NCBI GenBank assembly: GCA_038870975.1
Contig: JAVZJD010000002.1
Location: forward strand, 416,001 to 480,000
Reading direction: 5' to 3'
DNA length: 64,000 nucleotides
Origin: Candidatus Bathyarchaeia archaeon
GTDB taxonomy: Archaea > Thermoproteota > CALKCG01 > B24
Below are positions 59,660-64,000 of the stretch, piece after piece; within the stretch, counting starts at the first letter, position 1; each line of letters opens with the position of its first letter. The notes under the pieces were generated by a model. It saw only the letters and a list, made by a program, of their open reading frames with translations. It was not told the DNA's origin and searched no databases. The translations under genes and the position numbers were made by a program.

Positions 59660-60709
59660 ATGAAAGCTGGTGATACCTTGCCAGTACCTGTAGCGATAAA
59701 CGGATTTGGGAGGATCGGTAGACTTCTGTTTAGAGCAGCTTTAGAGAGAGACATAGGTATAGACTTTGTAGCCGTAAACGACTTGACGGATGCAAAAACA
59801 CTAGCACATCTACTCAAATACGACAGTACATTCGGCAAAGCCCCATTCGACGTTAAAGTTGAAGGAAATACCATAATCGCTAAAAACGTCAAAATAACCG
59901 TCTTATCCCAGCCAGACATAACTAAGCTTCCATGGAAAGACCTAGGGGTATACGCTGTAGTCGAATCGACTGGAAGATTTACGAGGAGGGATGACGCCGC
60001 AAAACACTTGGCAGCTGGAGCTAAGAAGGTTTTAGTATCTGCACCAATGAGACCAGCCGAATCGGCCGATATAACCGTCGTGATAGGTGTTAACGACCAT
60101 CTGTATGACCATGAGAAGCACAACATAATTTCTCTTGCATCTTGTACGACAAACGCGGTAGCTCCCTTGGCGAAAGTCTTAAACGAACAGTTCGGCATGG
60201 AGTGTGGTTTAATGAATACTGTACACGCCGTTACAAACGACCAAAGACTACTAGATATGCAGCATACAGACCTTAGAAGAGCTAGGTCAGCTTCTTGGAA
60301 CATAGTACCTACGACGACCGGAGCCGCTGAAGCGGCTACGCTGACCTTACCAGAGCTTAAGGGTAGAATGACTGGAATAGCTCTAAGAGTACCTGTGCCA
60401 ACGGTTTCAATAATAGATTTAACGGCTATACTGAAGCGTGAAGTAACAGCTGCAGACGTAAATAAAGCGTTTAAAGAAGCCTCTGAAAAACCACCACTAA
60501 AAGGAATACTCGGCTACACTGATGAAGAACTTGTATCCACGGATTTCATCAAATGTCCATACTCTTCGGTCGTAGATGGACCTATGACCAAAGCCATAGG
60601 TAGACTCGTCAAGGTTCTATCGTGGTATGACAACGAGTGGGGCTACTCATGCCGTATGGCTGAAATGGTGAAGAGAATCTGCGATATCGCCGAACGTAAA
60701 GGCTATTAA
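59660..60709 (+). CDS. gap: Type I (bacterial-like) glyceraldehyde-3-phosphate dehydrogenase
   Basis: INGFGRIGR, LLKYDS, ASCTTN, RVPV, WYDNEWGY. Confidence 0.95.
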   Translation: MKAGDTLPVPVAINGFGRIGRLLFRAALERDIGIDFVAVNDLTDAKTLAHLLKYDSTFGKAPFDVKVEGNTIIAKNVKITVLSQPDITKLPWKDLGVYAVVESTGRFTRRDDAAKHLAAGAKKVLVSAPMRPAESADITVVIGVNDHLYDHEKHNIISLASCTTNAVAPLAKVLNEQFGMECGLMNTVHAVTNDQRLLDMQHTDLRRARSASWNIVPTTTGAAEAATLTLPELKGRMTGIALRVPVPTVSIIDLTAILKREVTAADVNKAFKEASEKPPLKGILGYTDEELVSTDFIKCPYSSVVDGPMTKAIGRLVKVLSWYDNEWGYSCRMAEMVKRICDIAERKGY

Positions 60710-60712
60710 AAG

Positions 60713-61945
60713 GTGAGAAGCCTAATGTTTGAATTTCCAACCCTCAGCGATTTTTATTTTTATGGAAAAACTGTGCTTGTCAGGCCGGACTTCAACGTAC
60801 CTATAGATCCAAACTCTAAAAAAATACTTGACGATTCACGCATCAGAGACCATGTAGAGACTATTAGAGAACTATGTGTAAAAGGTGCCAGAGTAGTTAT
60901 AATAGCGCATCAGGGAAGACCAGGCGACCCGGACTACTTAGAATCTTTAAAAGAACATGCCGAGGTTCTCAGTAGTATCCTAGATAGACCTGTGAAATAT
61001 GTACACGACCTGTTTGGGGAGGAGGCAAAGAATGCTATACGAAGTCTTAAACCTGGAGAAGTTTTAATGCTTAAAAACGTAAGAAGCTTCCCTGAAGAGG
61101 CTAAAGATAAAACACCCGAGGAACATTCAAAGTCTAAATTGGTTCAAGAGCTAGCACCGTTGATAGACGTGTTTGTTTTAGATGGTTTCTCTGTAGCGCA
61201 TAGGGGGCATTGTTCAGTCGTAGGTTTTGCACCCGTTAAACCAGTTTGCGCAGGCAGGGTTATGGAGAGAGAGCTTAATGCACTCTCAAGGGTTTTTGAA
61301 AAACCCGAGAAACCGATGGTATGCATACTAGGTGGAGCTAAAGCAGAGAAAACCGTAACGATAGTTGAGTACATGCTTAAAAACAACATAGCAGATTACG
61401 TCCTAACCGGAGGATTAGTAAGTCAACTTTTCCTAACGGCTAAAGGCGTAAACCTCGGAGATGTAAACATCGAAGTCCTTAAACGTAAGAAGCTGTATGA
61501 ACTCATACCTAAGGCAAGGGAACTGTTGGAAAAGTATGGAGGTAGGGTTAAACTTCCAGTAGACGTAGCTCTAGATGTAGATGGAAAGAGGGTTGAAATA
61601 GAAGTTTTTAAACTACCCTCTGAAAAACCTATATCGGATATAGGCGTTAAAACAACGGAGGAATACGGAAAACTCCTATCAAATGCCAACTCTATACTTG
61701 TAAGTGGACCATTAGGCGTTTACGAGAAGGAAGCATTCATAGAAGGAAGCAAGAGAGTTTTCGAAGCCGTCGCTTCAACTAGGGCTTATAAGGTTGCAGG
61801 TGGAGGAGATACCGCGGCTGTGCTAAGGAAGCTCAATCTATACGATAAGTTTGACTACGTAAGCTTAGCTGGCGGAGCATTCATAGAATACATAACCGGG
61901 GAGAAACTACCAGGTGTTGAAATACTAAAACGTAGACAGGGTTGA
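60713..61945 (+). CDS. pgk: Phosphoglycerate kinase
   Basis: DFNVP, HQGRP, LGGAK, GGGDT, SLAGGA. Confidence 0.95.
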   Translation: MRSLMFEFPTLSDFYFYGKTVLVRPDFNVPIDPNSKKILDDSRIRDHVETIRELCVKGARVVIIAHQGRPGDPDYLESLKEHAEVLSSILDRPVKYVHDLFGEEAKNAIRSLKPGEVLMLKNVRSFPEEAKDKTPEEHSKSKLVQELAPLIDVFVLDGFSVAHRGHCSVVGFAPVKPVCAGRVMERELNALSRVFEKPEKPMVCILGGAKAEKTVTIVEYMLKNNIADYVLTGGLVSQLFLTAKGVNLGDVNIEVLKRKKLYELIPKARELLEKYGGRVKLPVDVALDVDGKRVEIEVFKLPSEKPISDIGVKTTEEYGKLLSNANSILVSGPLGVYEKEAFIEGSKRVFEAVASTRAYKVAGGGDTAAVLRKLNLYDKFDYVSLAGGAFIEYITGEKLPGVEILKRRQG

Positions 61946-61998
61946 AAAGTTTTATATTTACGATTCACATCATCTATTTTTGACCTAGGAGGAAGGGA

Positions 61999-62307
61999 AT
62001 GCAGGAAATTTGTAAGGTGTGTGGTCTACCGAAGGACCTATGTGTCTGTGGAACTCTCAGCAAAGAGCAACAGAAGGTTCTAATAAAACTCGAAAAGCGC
62101 AGGTATGGAAAACTAACCACTGTAGTTGAAGGTATAAATGATAAAAACATAAACCTCAGGAGGATTGCTCAAGACCTTAAAACCATATGTGCATGCGGTG
62201 GAACAGCTAAAGAAAATAAGATAATCCTCCAAGGAGACCATAGAGATAAAGTCAAAAACTACTTAACTAGAATGGGGTTCCCAGAATCAAACATAGAAGT
62301 CGAATAG
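61999..62307 (+). CDS. sui1: Translation initiation factor aIF1 (SUI1)
   Basis: CKVCGLPKDLCVC, RRYGK, CACGGT, LQGDHR. Confidence 0.95.
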   Translation: MQEICKVCGLPKDLCVCGTLSKEQQKVLIKLEKRRYGKLTTVVEGINDKNINLRRIAQDLKTICACGGTAKENKIILQGDHRDKVKNYLTRMGFPESNIEVE

Positions 62308-62317
62308 CAAAAGAAAA

Positions 62318-63289
62318 CTAAACATTTAAAGCTAAAGCCCTCTTCAAACCATTATATCTATTGCGGATAGTAACCTCTGTAACGTTAGCTGCTTCAGCCA
62401 CCTCCTTCTGAGTCTTCTTCTCCTTCTCCAAAGTACACGCCATATATAGAGCTGCAGCCGCTAAACCCATTGGGTCTTTACCTGAAGCTGCTTTCAACTC
62501 TTGAGCCTTCCTAAGAATATCTATGGCCAACTGTTGACACTTCTCACTTACATCTATCTTAGAGGCTATTTTTGACACGCATTTAATCGGGTCAGCTATA
62601 GGCATCACTATGTCAAGCTCTTTAAGCAGAAGCCTATAACATCGAGCTATGTCCTTCTTAGGAATTATACTGACTTCTGCGACCTCTTTAAGAGTCCTAG
62701 GCGTCTCCGTCTGCCGGCAAGCAGCATACAATGCTGCAGCAGCTATAGCGGCTATACTCCTGCCTCGAACTAAACCTTTATCTAAAGCCTTCCTATAGAT
62801 TAAGGCGGCCTTCTCTTTAACGAGTGGAGGGATGTGAAGTTTATCCGATAGTCTGTCGAGCTCAGCCATCGCTTGGCTAAGGTTACGTTCAATGGAGGAG
62901 TGAACTCTACTCCTTATCTGCCAACGTCTAAGTCTAAGCATTCTAAGCCTCATATCCAGCGGCAGTTCATGTCCAAATGCATCTCTATTAATCCTAGTTA
63001 TAACAGTAGATAGGCCCTTATCATGGACAGAGTAAGATATAGGTATACCTACTCTAGCTCTCTCCTCTCTCTCCTCTTGCGTAAAAGCCCTCCACTCTGG
63101 ACCCTGATCCATAAGCTGACTGCTTATCACAAGCCCACAAGCTCTACAGACTGTTTCACCCTTCTCATAGTCTATGACGACATCTGAACTCCCACATTCC
63201 GGGCAAACTTCAACTTTAGAAGACGATTTTTTAGTCTTTTCACTAGATGAATCATCTAAGCTACTTCTTTTGATGTCGACAGCACTCAT
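62318..63289 (-). CDS. tfb: Transcription initiation factor IIB
   Basis: Zn ribbon CPECG/CRACG, GPEWRAF, two cyclin repeats, VTEVTIRNRY. Confidence 0.97.
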   Translation of the reverse strand: MSAVDIKRSSLDDSSSEKTKKSSSKVEVCPECGSSDVVIDYEKGETVCRACGLVISSQLMDQGPEWRAFTQEEREERARVGIPISYSVHDKGLSTVITRINRDAFGHELPLDMRLRMLRLRRWQIRSRVHSSIERNLSQAMAELDRLSDKLHIPPLVKEKAALIYRKALDKGLVRGRSIAAIAAAALYAACRQTETPRTLKEVAEVSIIPKKDIARCYRLLLKELDIVMPIADPIKCVSKIASKIDVSEKCQQLAIDILRKAQELKAASGKDPMGLAAAALYMACTLEKEKKTQKEVAEAANVTEVTIRNRYNGLKRALALNV

Positions 63290-63469
63290 AGGACCTTCCT
63301 CATAGGGATGATAACTCCTCCAAGCCGTTTAACCTAGAAGGAGGAGCCACATTTCTCGCGTAGAAAAATTGATTTAAAAAAGTTATATATAAGCTTTATC
63401 ATTTTGTGATGGTTTAAAATTAGAAAAACTTAAAACATAAGAAGCTACAAAAGTATAAAATGGAAGCAA

Positions 63470-63584
63470 GCGGGGGTTGCCGAGTCAGGACAAAGGCGCA
63501 GGACTTAAGATCTCAAAAGTAAAAGGGTCTAGATTGGAAATCCTGTGGCGTAGGCCTTCGTGGGTTCGAATCCCACCCCCCGCA
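63470..63584 (+). tRNA. tRNA-Leu(TAA) with 30-nt intron at 37/38 (63510..63539)
   Basis: Acceptor GCGGGGG/CCCCCGC-A, anticodon stem CAGGA/TCCTG, TAA at 63506..63508, long variable arm, GTGGG-TTCGAAT-CCCAC; CCA not encoded. Confidence 0.93.
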
Positions 63585-64000
63585 CTAAAATTCAGTTACT
63601 AATTTTATTTTGCTCTTAAACTAGAAATCCTACCAGTTCAATTAGAGTAAATGCAACTTTGAAGTCGAATAGCATCGACTTCATAAATATGATCTATCCC
63701 TATTAGAGGTGAAGCTTTAGTACTTATTGAAGTTAAAAAGAGAAGTTGCCTCAACGTTTTTAAACATACCAATCTTACAGTTTCACCTGCAAAGTCTTAA
63801 GAATCTATAAGGATTCCTATTAACTAGACATCTTCTCCACAAATTTCAAAATTACAAAAAATGTGTTGAATTTCTTAATTGGTATTTCAGCTAATATTTT
63901 ACAACCTTTAACGCTTTAAGGTGGATATCCACTCGTATCTCGTGCTAACCTTACATGGAAGTAATACCATGTTTGGCTCGTTCTATCATGATGCAAACGC

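Noticed and set aside
59638-60303. 221-aa antisense ORF
   Set aside because: Shadow frame of gap; no independent motif.
561-61689. Other short ORFs antisense to or nested in well-supported genes
   Set aside because: Fully overlap confident CDSs and lack motifs.
62296-63674. 14-bp direct repeat GAAGTCGAATAGCA flanking tfb and the tRNA
   Set aside because: Several 14-mer repeats are expected by chance in 64 kb; one copy is simply the sui1 3' end.

Overview
Archaeal chromosomal window. TFB, aIF1/SUI1, an intron-containing tRNA-Leu and BRE/TATA-type promoters are present; gene content suggests a Thermoproteota/Bathyarchaeia-like lineage, which is inference only. The centre (about 18.2-49.7 kb) is a large CRISPR-Cas locus. 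It comprises a multi-RAMP type III-D-like operon (Cas10 with intact HD and GGDD motifs), an AT-rich 442-aa ORF ending in a PD-(D/E)XK-like domain, and a stand-alone NE0113/Csx14-type CARF gene. It also has two divergent arrays with the same 26-bp repeat (72 and 71 repeats by manual count) whose near-identical inverted leaders bracket csa1-cas1-cas2-cas4, and a complete type I-A module (csa3, csa5, cas7, cas5, cas8a, cas3', cas3'', cas6). The left flank holds housekeeping genes, a vapBC pair, an HTH-fused dCMP deaminase and a small toxin-antitoxin-like patch (retropepsin-like genes, RHH, nucleotidyltransferase). The right flank holds metabolic genes, a head-to-head pair of COG1665-like nucleotidyltransferase paralogs sharing one centred palindromic TATA box, a bacterial-type gap with pgk, sui1, tfb and tRNA-Leu. 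The best candidate for an undescribed system is the 442-aa ORF closing the type III operon, a possible new cOA-responsive nuclease effector in a locus with no visible Csx1/Csm6. All family calls come from motif recognition by eye; no database search was run.
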